This document shows positions 21,058-30,249 of a stretch of DNA of 64,000 bases, one piece after another; position 1 is the stretch's first letter; each line of letters begins with the position of its first letter. The DNA lies in contig CAWEXO010000011.1 in the NCBI GenBank assembly GCA_963813025.1, forward strand, positions 160,001-224,000, read 5' to 3'. The notes beneath the pieces are model-generated. The model was not told the DNA's origin and made no database searches. It saw only the letters and a program-made list of their open reading frames with translations. The position numbers and the translations under genes were made by a program. Source of the DNA: an uncultured Verrucomicrobiae bacterium (GTDB lineage: Bacteria; Verrucomicrobiota; Verrucomicrobiia; Chthoniobacterales; JAFAMB01).

Positions 21058-21378
21058 CTACAGACCGGTTTGAGACTTCAGACTATGTGCCGCTTCTTCG
21101 AGCGCATTCGGCATGAGCTGAATATTGTTGAGTACGTAGAGCATGAAATGATCAATCGGCATCGAGCGCCGAGATGCCCTCCCTGTCTCTGTCTCTTTCG
21201 CTTTCTTCTCACAACCTGCGCAGTGAAAAAGAGGCGCAGCAATAGCCCCGGGGTTCAGTTCTTCAGTATCGAACAGGGCAACTCCGTCGGCGTAATTCTC
21301 AATGACCCCTCCACAGGAATCACACTGTATTTTTGGGTGCGCCTGGCCTTCGTTATCTACCTGGAGTACAAGTGCCAT
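21058..21378 (-). CDS. Small hypothetical protein with two CxxC motifs
   Basis: CDSC and CAGC; protein-like composition. Confidence 0.65.
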   Translation of the reverse strand: MALVLQVDNEGQAHPKIQCDSCGGVIENYADGVALFDTEELNPGAIAAPLFHCAGCEKKAKETETGRASRRSMPIDHFMLYVLNNIQLMPNALEEAAHSLKSQTGL

Positions 21379-21426
21379 AAGACAAGGCTATCGGTAGATC
21401 GCTCCGTCTGCAACTGGGACGCAAAG

Positions 21427-21582
21427 AGCTCCCGCTTGACCTCCTTGATGTTGGATCAGATCTGGATCCGGACGAGCTGGCCACCTCCGCAAGGCTACCG
21501 CGCGCCCTCCGGTCAGGCGTTGGTGCCATTCCATATCCGGGCCGCGACGAAGGCTTGTGCGTAGTCGGGAGCTCATCCAGGA
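21427..21582 (-). repeat. Dispersed intergenic element, copy 1 (candidate ncRNA, small ORF or MITE)
   Basis: About 20 differences over ~155 nt (hand count) versus 48123-48277 in inverted orientation; closing stem GAGCTCCCG/CGGGAGCTC. Confidence 0.85.
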
Positions 21583-21759
21583 GCTCATCCCTACCGCCAA
21601 TCGCTTGGCGGCGCGCTACAAATTACCCAAAATCCGACACGCACTTCCGGCCGGTCAGTGGAGTCTGCGCGGATGCTTTGGTTGCGGCTCTGCTGCGCTG
21701 TGAAGACGTTGAAATCGAGACCGTTGATGTGGTGAGCTCTCCACAGGCGCGTGGCGGGA

Positions 21760-22368
21760 TCAAAGCCAGGCTCGGGCTTGCACGATGTCGTCTTGCACTA
21801 GTCCGTGCGAGGCACCGAGCATCTTGACCGTCACGTTGGCGCCGTGGTGTATTAGTTGTTGGGCGAGGCGCTGGGAGTCGCCGGGCGAAATGAGCGGATC
21901 GCGGTCACCCGTAAGCAGAAGAACCCGCCGGCCCGTGAGATCGGTCGCCGGAATATCGTCAGTAATGAACATCGGACGAAACAAGATTGCCGCGCCAATC
22001 ACCTCGGGACGAAGCAAAAGAAGGCCCTGCGCGATGTTCGCGCCGTTCGAGTAGCCCACTGCGGTAAGTGTCTCCGGGAGAATTCCGTGTTCGACACAAG
22101 TGGCCGTGACGAAATCCGCCAGCTCTTCGGAACGCTCTCGCCAATCGTCAACATCGAGAACACCCTCTGCAAAACGTCGGAAAAATCTCGGCGCTCCACT
22201 CTCGATGATCTGACCGCGGGGACTTATCACCGTCGCACCGGGCGCGATTTCACCCGCCAAAGGTACCATATCCTGTTCATCTCCGCCCGTACCATGCAAC
22301 AATAGAAGGCTGGAGCGGTTTGAGGTGGAACCCGGTCGATAGATATAGCGAAAGGGCGGCGTGCTCAT
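21760..22368 (-). CDS. Phospholipase/carboxylesterase family alpha/beta hydrolase
   Basis: LLHGTGGDE, RFFRR, GYSNGAN, C-terminal HGL. Confidence 0.88.
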   Translation of the reverse strand: MSTPPFRYIYRPGSTSNRSSLLLLHGTGGDEQDMVPLAGEIAPGATVISPRGQIIESGAPRFFRRFAEGVLDVDDWRERSEELADFVTATCVEHGILPETLTAVGYSNGANIAQGLLLLRPEVIGAAILFRPMFITDDIPATDLTGRRVLLLTGDRDPLISPGDSQRLAQQLIHHGANVTVKMLGASHGLVQDDIVQARAWL

Positions 22369-22542
22369 GATTTGGCCTTTGCTTTGAGCTATAGCGGTCA
22401 GGTGATGGATATCACTCAGGCCCATAAGATTAGAAGACGAAACATTCGCAGCCACCGCTTTGTTTGAGCGTTTCCTCTGCTTTTTTCCGCTGATCGATCT
22501 CAACCTGCAGGGCCTGATTGATCTGTTCCAAGTCGGCGAGCC

Positions 22543-22591
22543 TTGACTATTCGTAACGAATCAGTTACGGTATTCGTAACCAAATGGTTAC
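22543..22591 (+). promoter_or_regulatory. Sigma70-like promoter with two ArsR-type operator palindromes
   Basis: TTGACT-17nt-TACGGT; GTAAC-N6-GTTAC at 22553-22568 and 22576-22591. Confidence 0.7.
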
Positions 22592-22934
22592 AGCAAGGCA
22601 CCAGCAAAGCAACGCGGTTTTCCGCGCCATTGCCGATCCGACTCGCCGAGAGATCCTCAGGCTCTTGCGCGACGGTCGCCTCACCGTCGGAGAGGTCGCG
22701 GCAAACTTTCGCACCAGTCGTCCGGCAATCTCGAAGCATCTTCGTCTGCTGCGCGCCGCGGGTTTAGTGGTCTGTCACAAAGACGGCACGACCCGTATCT
22801 GTGATTTGAATGCCAAACCGTTGCGCGCCGTTAACGCGTGGCTCCGGGATTACGAAGCGTTCTGGGGAGAGAGCCTGCGTAACCTAAAGAGCTACATCGA
22901 GAAAACCGAACATCAAAGAGAGAAGAAGTTATGA
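22584..22934 (+). CDS. ArsR/SmtB family regulator
   Basis: VFRAIADPTRREIL, SRPAISKHLRLL. Confidence 0.9.
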   Translation: MVTARHQQSNAVFRAIADPTRREILRLLRDGRLTVGEVAANFRTSRPAISKHLRLLRAAGLVVCHKDGTTRICDLNAKPLRAVNAWLRDYEAFWGESLRNLKSYIEKTEHQREKKL

Positions 22935-23398
22935 ATCCGACGAATACGAGCGATATCATCGTCCAGGAAATCACAATCAGGGGGTCAGCGGAATACATCT
23001 TCGAGGCACTGACAGATCCCGGCCAGCTGGTCAGTTGGTGGGGGGCCAAAGGACAGTTCCAGACTACTCATGTAGTGTCTGACCTGCGCGTTGGCGGCAA
23101 GCGGATCATGTGTGGAATCGGCTTGAGCGGAGAGCCCTTCACCGTCGAGGGAGAATATCGCGAAATCGATCGACCCAAACTGCTCGTGTTTAGCTGGCTT
23201 CCCAGTTGGCAGGCGGATGCGACCGAGACAATGGTCTGCTTTGATCTGGAGGAGAAAGATGGCGTCACGACGGTCCGTTTGACACACTCCGGCCTTGCGA
23301 GTGAGAGTTCCCGCGCAAGTCATAAAGGATGGCCTCAGATCCTCTCCCTGCTGCAAGCTTACGTCGAGCAGGCGCCGATCCCAAAGCAGCAGAAGTAA
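22931..23398 (+). CDS. SRPBCC/AHSA1 domain protein
   Basis: IFEALTDP..LVSWW, DLRVGG, LVFSW, TVRLTH..GW; ATGA overlap with the ArsR gene. Confidence 0.88.
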   Translation: MNPTNTSDIIVQEITIRGSAEYIFEALTDPGQLVSWWGAKGQFQTTHVVSDLRVGGKRIMCGIGLSGEPFTVEGEYREIDRPKLLVFSWLPSWQADATETMVCFDLEEKDGVTTVRLTHSGLASESSRASHKGWPQILSLLQAYVEQAPIPKQQK

Positions 23399-23411
23399 AT
23401 TGATAACTATC

Positions 23412-23631
23412 GAGTTGCGCACAGAGGTCACGGAGCATGCCTTGCCGTTGATCAAGCGTTTTGTGGCAGTCGTAAGCTGAGCTTTGCTAAAATCTGGAAG
23501 CTAGATTCAAACAAACCGTGAACGAGCCTGGTTTACCCAGGATCAACGAACAAAGCTTATCATCATCTAACCAACAAAGAAGGTGTAATATTTTCAATCA
23601 TTCCGTGTACACCGTGGCCTCCGTGCGAGGT
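23412..23631. repeat. CACGGAG-periodic inverted arms between convergent genes
   Basis: GCGCACAGAGGTCACGGAG ... CCGTGGCCTCCGTGCGAG. Confidence 0.65.
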
Positions 23632-23700
23632 CCTCTTTTCCTTTAGCGATGCACTCAATGATACGATCGAGCTCGTCGAGAGTCATTTAAAGCTGACGTA

Positions 23701-24777
23701 TCAATTGTATCCGCGGTGACCGTGCCGGTGATGTAGGTCGGGCAGGTGAGCATGGCGATGAACCATTGGTTTGTGCCGGTGCCAATGTGTATGCGGTTCT
23801 CCGGGCGGATCGGTCGGCCGATGCTCGTGCTGATGATGTTCGTCGTGACGATGCGGATGCTCGTGTTCCAAGGCCTCATGGAAATGCTCGTGCTCGTGGT
23901 GCTCGGTCAAATGCAGCCAAACGCCGAGCAGCATGAGTAAAAGCGCGGGCCAGAAAAGAAGCTGGGGTACTTCACGCAGCAGCAGCAGCGAAAGGAGGAC
24001 GCCGATAAATGGCGCGGTCGAAAAGTAGGCGCCGGTCCGTGCCGTACCCAGGTCGCGCAAGGCTAAGACAAAGCAAGTAAGGCTCACCCCGTAACTGAGG
24101 AAGCCGAGTAGCCCCGCACTTGCCAAGGAGATCATCGGCGGCGCTTTCCCGCTCATCAGGAGACCGATCGCGAGATTGACTGTTCCAGCACTGAGTCCTT
24201 TGAACATGGCAATCTGCGATGGATCGAACCCGGAGACTTTACGCGTCAGATTGTTATCGATTGCCCAGCAGAAACATGCGCCGGCGATCATTAAGGCCCC
24301 CCAGGAGAAACCAAGCGCGTCACTCGGTTTCCAGGATAAGAGAAACCCTCCCGCGACAATGGCGATCATTCCAAAAAGGATACGCTTGTCAAAATTTTCG
24401 CGGAACGCAAACCAGGCGAGTAGCGTGGTGAGCACCCCTTCCAAATTCAACAATAGAGAAGTGCTGGATGCGGGGGTTGTTGATAAGCCGGCGAGCAGCA
24501 AGACCGGACCGATAATTCCGCCGCAGATGATAGCTCCAGTCAGCCACCCCCACGCTGAGCGGTCGAGCGCTGCTTCTGCTGCGGGCGCCTTCTCGCGAGA
24601 TGGCTGAATCCATCGCCACAAGGCCAGTCCCAGCCCGGAGCCGAAGTAAAGCGCGCCCGCCAATTCGATCGGTGACAAGCCATGTAGAAGAATCTTTGCC
24701 AACGGCGCGCTCGCCCCAAAAAGGAGCGCTGCGAAGAACGCGTTCCTTACCCCGGCAGAGAAGGATATGGGCTTCAC
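23701..24777 (-). CDS. DMT/EamA transporter with His-rich C-terminal tail
   Basis: Multiple TM segments, WAIDNNLTR, LGTARTGAYFSTAPF, HEHEH...PDLHHRH tail. Confidence 0.88.
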   Translation of the reverse strand: MKPISFSAGVRNAFFAALLFGASAPLAKILLHGLSPIELAGALYFGSGLGLALWRWIQPSREKAPAAEAALDRSAWGWLTGAIICGGIIGPVLLLAGLSTTPASSTSLLLNLEGVLTTLLAWFAFRENFDKRILFGMIAIVAGGFLLSWKPSDALGFSWGALMIAGACFCWAIDNNLTRKVSGFDPSQIAMFKGLSAGTVNLAIGLLMSGKAPPMISLASAGLLGFLSYGVSLTCFVLALRDLGTARTGAYFSTAPFIGVLLSLLLLREVPQLLFWPALLLMLLGVWLHLTEHHEHEHFHEALEHEHPHRHDEHHQHEHRPTDPPGEPHTHWHRHKPMVHRHAHLPDLHHRHGHRGYN

Positions 24778-24886
24778 GGATATGTGCTTTTTATGATCCG
24801 TTGCTTACATCTTTCGGACAACGTCCCAATGCCGTCCCGGGTTTTGATTTGACCGGCGATTTGGCTGGTGTCAAAAAAGATGCTGG

Positions 24887-25657
24887 ATGATCAAATTCTT
24901 GGTAAGCAGTGACTTGCCCGAGGTTGTTACCGCCTCTCGGCCGCCTTGGCCGTTCAATACCCAGTACGCTCACGCTTTCCTGCTCGGAGTGTTTCTCACA
25001 ATCGCCCCAACCGCAAGCGTCGCGCAACTTGGTCGAGCTAAGCTAACTCATCAAACTCAAGCCGGTCACGCGTTACAAAAGCCAGCCGTTATCTATGTCA
25101 CGGACTTCGCCTTGGACCCTGGTCAACTTCAGTCTTCGAATCCTGTTCAGGAAAAAATCCAACAGGGCGGTGCCTTGAGACAGCGTTTGAACCAGTTTCG
25201 TGGCCAGGACAGCAGCCCGGAGGGACGTGCACAATCGCTGGTGAATCTCATGGCGGATTCGATTGTCCGGGATTTACAGGAGAAGCAGCTCAGCGCGCAA
25301 CGCTATTCGGTGGGGCGCACACCGAGAACCGGGTGGATCGTCAAAGGCAGGTACAAAACGCTTGAGCAAGGCAATCGCGTGGCAAGTTCTGAAATTGGCT
25401 TCGGCGCGGGTTCCCCGGTAGTGGAAGTTGAGGTTACTCTGGATGAAATCCGAAACGGAAAACAACGGCCCATTCTCCTGTTTGGAACCAATAAGGAAGA
25501 CTCCAGGGCTCCCGGTGGAGCAGCCTTGGCTGCGGCGACACACAATCCCTACGCAATGGCCATCAAGTTTGTTCGTTCACGAAATGACCTCGAAAAAAGC
25601 GTTAAGCAGACGGCGAAGTTGATCGCCGATCAGATCGCCAGAAAGGCTGGTGTTTAG
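24887..25657 (+). CDS. DUF4410-like exported protein
   Basis: IYVTDF, GWIVKG..QGNR...IGFGAG; start codon uncertain. Confidence 0.65.
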   Translation: MIKFLVSSDLPEVVTASRPPWPFNTQYAHAFLLGVFLTIAPTASVAQLGRAKLTHQTQAGHALQKPAVIYVTDFALDPGQLQSSNPVQEKIQQGGALRQRLNQFRGQDSSPEGRAQSLVNLMADSIVRDLQEKQLSAQRYSVGRTPRTGWIVKGRYKTLEQGNRVASSEIGFGAGSPVVEVEVTLDEIRNGKQRPILLFGTNKEDSRAPGGAALAAATHNPYAMAIKFVRSRNDLEKSVKQTAKLIADQIARKAGV

Positions 25658-27515
25658 GGAGCCCGGACATTTCGTAGCCGATTACTGCCACGGACTCTGG
25701 AGCGCGGTCTTGGCAGTTCCCCTCCTCTTCGGCGGTTGCGTCGCTCAGCGGCAAGGCCAAGCTGCACCGCAGAACCAAGCCGAACGCCTTCTCACGCGGA
25801 CAGAACGCAGCGAGCTCCCTCCGGAGCAACGAACCGCTCAATACTTGGCCGTTTGTGAAACCGCCGAGAATCAACCGAAGCAGCGTCCCGGATCGCCGAT
25901 TTCTCCAAGCGCCGAGCCGGTCCTCATGTACGACCGTGCGTCCGCTGACTTGGCAAGCAGTTTGCCTGCCCTGCTCCGCAAACATCCGGGTTCCCGTAGT
26001 TTCGCGGTTCGTAACTCGCAGACAGGAGAAGCCTTCCTATTGCGACTTGAGTTCAGTCGTTCGGAAGAATATCGGCCTGATTTTTTTCAGCAAATTCTGA
26101 CGGCTCAGCGCGTTAAAAAGAAAGGACTTAACGTCAATGTTTCTCACGCTGGGTTTCGTGGCCCTGTTGTGGGTGTACATCACACTTTTCCCGTTGGGAC
26201 GCCGCCGCCGCGTTTCGAGCCTTTGCAAGGTTTTCGAATACCGATGACTGCGATTGTTGAGTTCGACAAGGCCAGTAAACCGACCACTGCTCGCGTTCGG
26301 CTCCTCGATCCCGACAAAGTTGAGTCTACGACTTTGGCGGGAAAACCGCGAGGGTTGGCCGCTGATTATTCCGCTACCTACGGCTCTTACCGATCGATTA
26401 ACGAAACCTGGATCGGCTTTTTGAACATGGCGCGCGGTCAGCACATGCGCGGCTCTTCCGGATTGTTGTTTGCTGACCCTTATAATTCCAAAAAAATTCC
26501 AGTGCTTTTGGTCCACGGTCTGCTCGCAACGAGTTACACCTGGAGAAACGTTGTAAACTCGCTGACCGCGGATCCTAGGATCCGCCGGCACTACCAATTC
26601 TGGGTTTTCTCGTATTCGACGGGCAATCCAATTGCCTACTCTGCTTACCTCCTCCGAACTGACCTGGCCGGCGCTCAGCAAGCGTTCAGATTCAAGCAAC
26701 TGATATTGATTGGTCACAGCATGGGCGGGATCCTGGCGCGTTTGCAGGTAACTAATTCCGGACGGAAAACCTGGGATGAGGCTTTTGGCGAACAAGCCAA
26801 CCAGCTCTACGCGGAGTTACCCGAAACGTCGCTGATCAAGCGGGCGTTGCTCTTTCGAGCTAACCCGGCAATCAAACGCGTCATCTTTCTGTCCACACCA
26901 CACCGCGGCGCTAGCCTGGCCTCTGGCGGGATCGGAGCTCTTGGCATCCGGCTGATTCGGTTACCATCCCGGATTGTCACCGCTATTCCTCAATCGTTAT
27001 TGGCAGCACTTACGCCCGATCGCAAAGCAAGAAAATACCGGTTACCGACCAGTATCAGCGGTCTGTCACCCAAGAGCCCATTGCTCATTGCGATGAACAG
27101 GCTTCCGATTGAAGCACCGCACAACTCGATCATTGGTGACCGTGGCCGGGGCGACACGCCAAACAGCTCCGATGGAGTGGTTCCTTACTGGAGTTCGCAC
27201 CTTGAGTCCGCGCAATCCGAGATCATCGTGCCGACCGATCACGGTTCGATGAAAAGCCCTCTGGCCGTCGCAGAAATCAGGCGAATTTTGCTGGAGGAGA
27301 TCGGGCAAAATCAAATGATTCATGTGCCAGTTGAACCACGCTATGGACGGACCGAAGAGCGAAACAAGCGAGCCGAGTTGAGGATGAAAGCCAGCTCCGA
27401 ACCCACATGGATCAGCGCCGCGATAATCGGCGCAAGCAGACCAAAGAATGCCAATCCTATTCCTACAGCGTCGACGACAATCGTACCCCAGAAGTTGAAC
27501 ATTATTACCCGATAG
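25650..27515 (+). CDS. Putative lipoprotein esterase/lipase (alpha/beta hydrolase); true 3' end probably near 27320
   Basis: LFGGC lipobox, KIPVLLVHGL, GHSMGG, TPHRG, SDGVVPYWSSH. Confidence 0.8.
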   Translation: MFREPGHFVADYCHGLWSAVLAVPLLFGGCVAQRQGQAAPQNQAERLLTRTERSELPPEQRTAQYLAVCETAENQPKQRPGSPISPSAEPVLMYDRASADLASSLPALLRKHPGSRSFAVRNSQTGEAFLLRLEFSRSEEYRPDFFQQILTAQRVKKKGLNVNVSHAGFRGPVVGVHHTFPVGTPPPRFEPLQGFRIPMTAIVEFDKASKPTTARVRLLDPDKVESTTLAGKPRGLAADYSATYGSYRSINETWIGFLNMARGQHMRGSSGLLFADPYNSKKIPVLLVHGLLATSYTWRNVVNSLTADPRIRRHYQFWVFSYSTGNPIAYSAYLLRTDLAGAQQAFRFKQLILIGHSMGGILARLQVTNSGRKTWDEAFGEQANQLYAELPETSLIKRALLFRANPAIKRVIFLSTPHRGASLASGGIGALGIRLIRLPSRIVTAIPQSLLAALTPDRKARKYRLPTSISGLSPKSPLLIAMNRLPIEAPHNSIIGDRGRGDTPNSSDGVVPYWSSHLESAQSEIIVPTDHGSMKSPLAVAEIRRILLEEIGQNQMIHVPVEPRYGRTEERNKRAELRMKASSEPTWISAAIIGASRPKNANPIPTASTTIVPQKLNIITR

Positions 27516-29308
27516 CATCTTTTAGCGATCGCTAGTACCTCCGTAAGACGTGAGAGATCGCTCGTCATCAAGGTTATATCCGCGGTCTCGAGCGCAACAT
27601 CGCTGCCGCCGCCCATTGCTATTCCAACGGTCGCTTCGGCCAGTGCCGGAGCGTCATTAACTCCGTCTCCGATCATCGCGACTTTGCGGCCTTGTCGAAG
27701 GAGTTCCCGGACTTTCTCGAGCTTCTGCTCAGGTAACAGATTGCCGATGGCCTCGTGAACTCCGAGCTGACTTCCGATTGCCGCCGCAGCCTCGCTGCTG
27801 TCACCGCTCAGGAGCACAGTGCGATAGCCCTTTCGCTTCAGTGCATCGATGGCTTGAACGGCTTCCTCGCGAAGCTGGTCAGCAACGGTCAACGCTCCCA
27901 AAAGCGTCGCGTTTCGGCCTACATAGATGAGCGTTTCTCCGGGCTTCGTTTCCGGCTGGAACGATCCCGCGGCGTTTGTCGCAATACGAATTCCGTTGTC
28001 CCTCAGGAGCGCCTGTGTTCCCACGATGATCTTGCTGCCCTGATCGAGACAAGTCAGGCCTTTGCCCGGGATGTACCGAAGATCAGTGTATTCGCGCAGA
28101 GAGAGCTGCGCGGCTCTGGCCTTGCGGATGACGGCTTCGCCCAGAGGATGTTCTGAGTGCTGTTCGGCGATGGCCGCATTTTGCAGTACGTCTTTGTCCG
28201 TCGCACCGTTGGTGACCCGAATTCCGGTAACCTCCGGGACGCCCATCGTTAGTGTACCGGTTTTGTCTAAAACGATGATATCAATGCCCGCGAGCTTTTC
28301 CAGATAGAGCCCGCCTTTGACGATAATTCCACGTCGGGCGGCACTTCCGATACCCGCTAAAATGGCTAACGGCGTACCAGCTGCAACGCCGCATGCCCCG
28401 GCCACTATGATCACGGCAATGGTGGAAGTGAGATTGCGCGTCACGACAAAAGTGAGGACGGCGGCCGTCAGCGCGAAGTAGACCAGACCGGCGGCGAGAC
28501 GATCGGCAATTCGCTGCGCCGGGGCTTTCGATTTTTCGGCTTGCTCGACAATCTCAACAATTTTTCCAAAGGTCGTGTCGCGTCCGATCCGCTCAGCGCT
28601 AACTTCCAACACTCCGTTCTTGTTGATGGTTCCGGCGAAGACCTTGCTGTGTTCAGTCTTTTCAATTGGAAGCGACTCGCCAGTGATCGAAGATTGATCA
28701 ACGTAACTGCTGCCTTTGGTCACTGTTCCGTCGACCGGGATTCTTTCTCCTGGACGAATCACGATTACTTCTCCGGCGGAAAGTTCTTCGGCCGGCAGCT
28801 CGCTTTCCTGACCATTCCGACGAACGGTCACGTGGCGCGGCAGTGCATTGATGAGCTTTTCGATGGCTCGGCGTCCGCCACTGACCGTATAGCCCTCAAG
28901 CAACTCCGCGAACAGAACAAAGAATGCGATAACAATTGCGGTAAAAAATTGTCCGATCGCAAGCGCCGCGAGAAGCGCGATCGTCATTGACAGTTCCATT
29001 GTCATCCGGCGCTTGCGGAGATTTTCCCAAGCCTCTCGATAGATGGGCAATCCGCCAATCACCGTTCCCGCGAATGCGAGCCAGTCCCGATGCATGAATG
29101 GGAGCCACCACCCTGTCACACTGGCCACGACGATGAGACCCATCAGAGCCAGTCGAATGTATCCCGCGGGGCCGTTCTGGTGATCATGGTCGTCATGATC
29201 GTGATCATCGCCATGGCGATGATGATGACCAGCGTCAGGTTGCTCATGGCCGTGCTCGGTGTCCGCAAGGTGGCCGGCGGGATCCATGGTTTTGCTCGTA
29301 GTCTTCAT
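27341..29308 (-). CDS. Heavy-metal P1B-type ATPase with His-rich N-terminus
   Basis: TGES, DKTGT, SEHPLG, GDGVNDAPAL; atypical M4 motif VAGACGVAAGTP. Confidence 0.93.
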   Translation of the reverse strand: MKTTSKTMDPAGHLADTEHGHEQPDAGHHHRHGDDHDHDDHDHQNGPAGYIRLALMGLIVVASVTGWWLPFMHRDWLAFAGTVIGGLPIYREAWENLRKRRMTMELSMTIALLAALAIGQFFTAIVIAFFVLFAELLEGYTVSGGRRAIEKLINALPRHVTVRRNGQESELPAEELSAGEVIVIRPGERIPVDGTVTKGSSYVDQSSITGESLPIEKTEHSKVFAGTINKNGVLEVSAERIGRDTTFGKIVEIVEQAEKSKAPAQRIADRLAAGLVYFALTAAVLTFVVTRNLTSTIAVIIVAGACGVAAGTPLAILAGIGSAARRGIIVKGGLYLEKLAGIDIIVLDKTGTLTMGVPEVTGIRVTNGATDKDVLQNAAIAEQHSEHPLGEAVIRKARAAQLSLREYTDLRYIPGKGLTCLDQGSKIIVGTQALLRDNGIRIATNAAGSFQPETKPGETLIYVGRNATLLGALTVADQLREEAVQAIDALKRKGYRTVLLSGDSSEAAAAIGSQLGVHEAIGNLLPEQKLEKVRELLRQGRKVAMIGDGVNDAPALAEATVGIAMGGGSDVALETADITLMTSDLSRLTEVLAIAKRCYRVIMFNFWGTIVVDAVGIGLAFFGLLAPIIAALIHVGSELAFILNSARLFRSSVRP

Positions 29309-29322
29309 CGCGAGGTAATGGG

Positions 29323-29601
29323 TTACTTCAGATATCGTTTAATGACTTCGATCAGCTCCTCGCCGGCAGCCGCTCTACTGGCGTTCTTCTGAGAATCGGT
29401 TTGCAAGAGGTGCAGCCGGACATGGCCCTCGAGGATTTCCGCCATCAGCGCGTTCAGAGCGCCGCGGCAGGCGGCCAAAGTAAGAAGTATATCGCCGCAC
29501 TCCCGTTCTTCATTGAGGGCCTTTTCCAAACCGTTGAGCTGGCCGCGAATGCGGCTGATTCTGGCCAGGAGTTTCTTTTTGTTTTGAATCGTGTGTGCCA
29601 T
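29323..29601 (-). CDS. CsoR/RcnR/FrmR family metal-sensing repressor
   Basis: MAHT...RISRIRGQ...EC..IL..LAACRGA...EGH. Confidence 0.9.
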   Translation of the reverse strand: MAHTIQNKKKLLARISRIRGQLNGLEKALNEERECGDILLTLAACRGALNALMAEILEGHVRLHLLQTDSQKNASRAAAGEELIEVIKRYLK

Positions 29602-29630
29602 GACTTGCGCGTTTCACGTTTCGGCGAAGT

Positions 29631-29658
29631 AACATACCACGGTATGGTATTTTTTCAA
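29631..29658 (-). promoter_or_regulatory. Promoter with CsoR/RcnR-type operator
   Basis: Minus strand TTGAAA-16nt-TATGTT with TG extension; palindrome ATACC-N7-GGTAT at 29634-29650. Confidence 0.65.
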
Positions 29659-29761
29659 GTTCGCTTCTCCTGCGCGCCCGTTCGAGCTCGAAGCGTTGTA
29701 CGGCGGCGGTGCCAAGATGATTCTTGCGGAAGAGGCTTATCGCTTTATCATATCCGGTTTA

Positions 29762-30136
29762 ATGGCATTCTTCGGTCGGCGTTTCCGTCTTTGGCTGATG
29801 GCATGGCTGGTTATAGCCCTGCCGAATGCCGGCCACGCTCAAACACTGGTTGCTATCTGCAGGCTACCTTGTGCTGCCCCGGAGAAAGCCTGCCATTCCT
29901 GTTGCGGCGATCATCAGGCGAGTTGCGGGATGACGGTCGATAAGGCCGTGACCGCCAGTCCGATCAAAGCGGTAAGCGCCAGCGGCTCCGTAGTATCGGA
30001 TTTGACGTCAGATGCGCCCGGTGATCTGCCGCGTATTTTTCTGCCGTTAGTTCTGGCGGTGATCGGACGAGCCCTCAATCTCAGTCCGCCACCCGCCATC
30101 GATTTTCAAGCTACGCACTGCGCGCGGTTGTTGTGA
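29762..30136 (+). CDS. Cys-rich exported leader-type protein upstream of the metal efflux operon
   Basis: Signal-like N-terminus, CRLPC..CHSCCGDH..C cluster, C-terminal SPPP...HCARLL; alternative start at 29717. Confidence 0.6.
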   Translation: MAFFGRRFRLWLMAWLVIALPNAGHAQTLVAICRLPCAAPEKACHSCCGDHQASCGMTVDKAVTASPIKAVSASGSVVSDLTSDAPGDLPRIFLPLVLAVIGRALNLSPPPAIDFQATHCARLL

Positions 30137-30249
30137 GAGCAAGGACCGGCCCGGGTTCCGCTTCTTTCGCGGAATGAGGTGACCGGTGCTCCGCATGCCC
30201 GGGTTCCTCCGCTCGAGGAGCCATATCTTGTATTTCGCGCTCTCACACG

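Noticed and set aside
21570..21595. CTGGATGAG resembling a hammerhead ribozyme core
   Set aside because: Not the required CTGANGA, and no properly placed GAAA partner.
27341..27515. 175-nt antisense overlap of the hydrolase and ATPase genes
   Set aside because: Hydrolase similarity ends near 27300 and an out-of-frame TGA follows, so an indel is the likelier cause.
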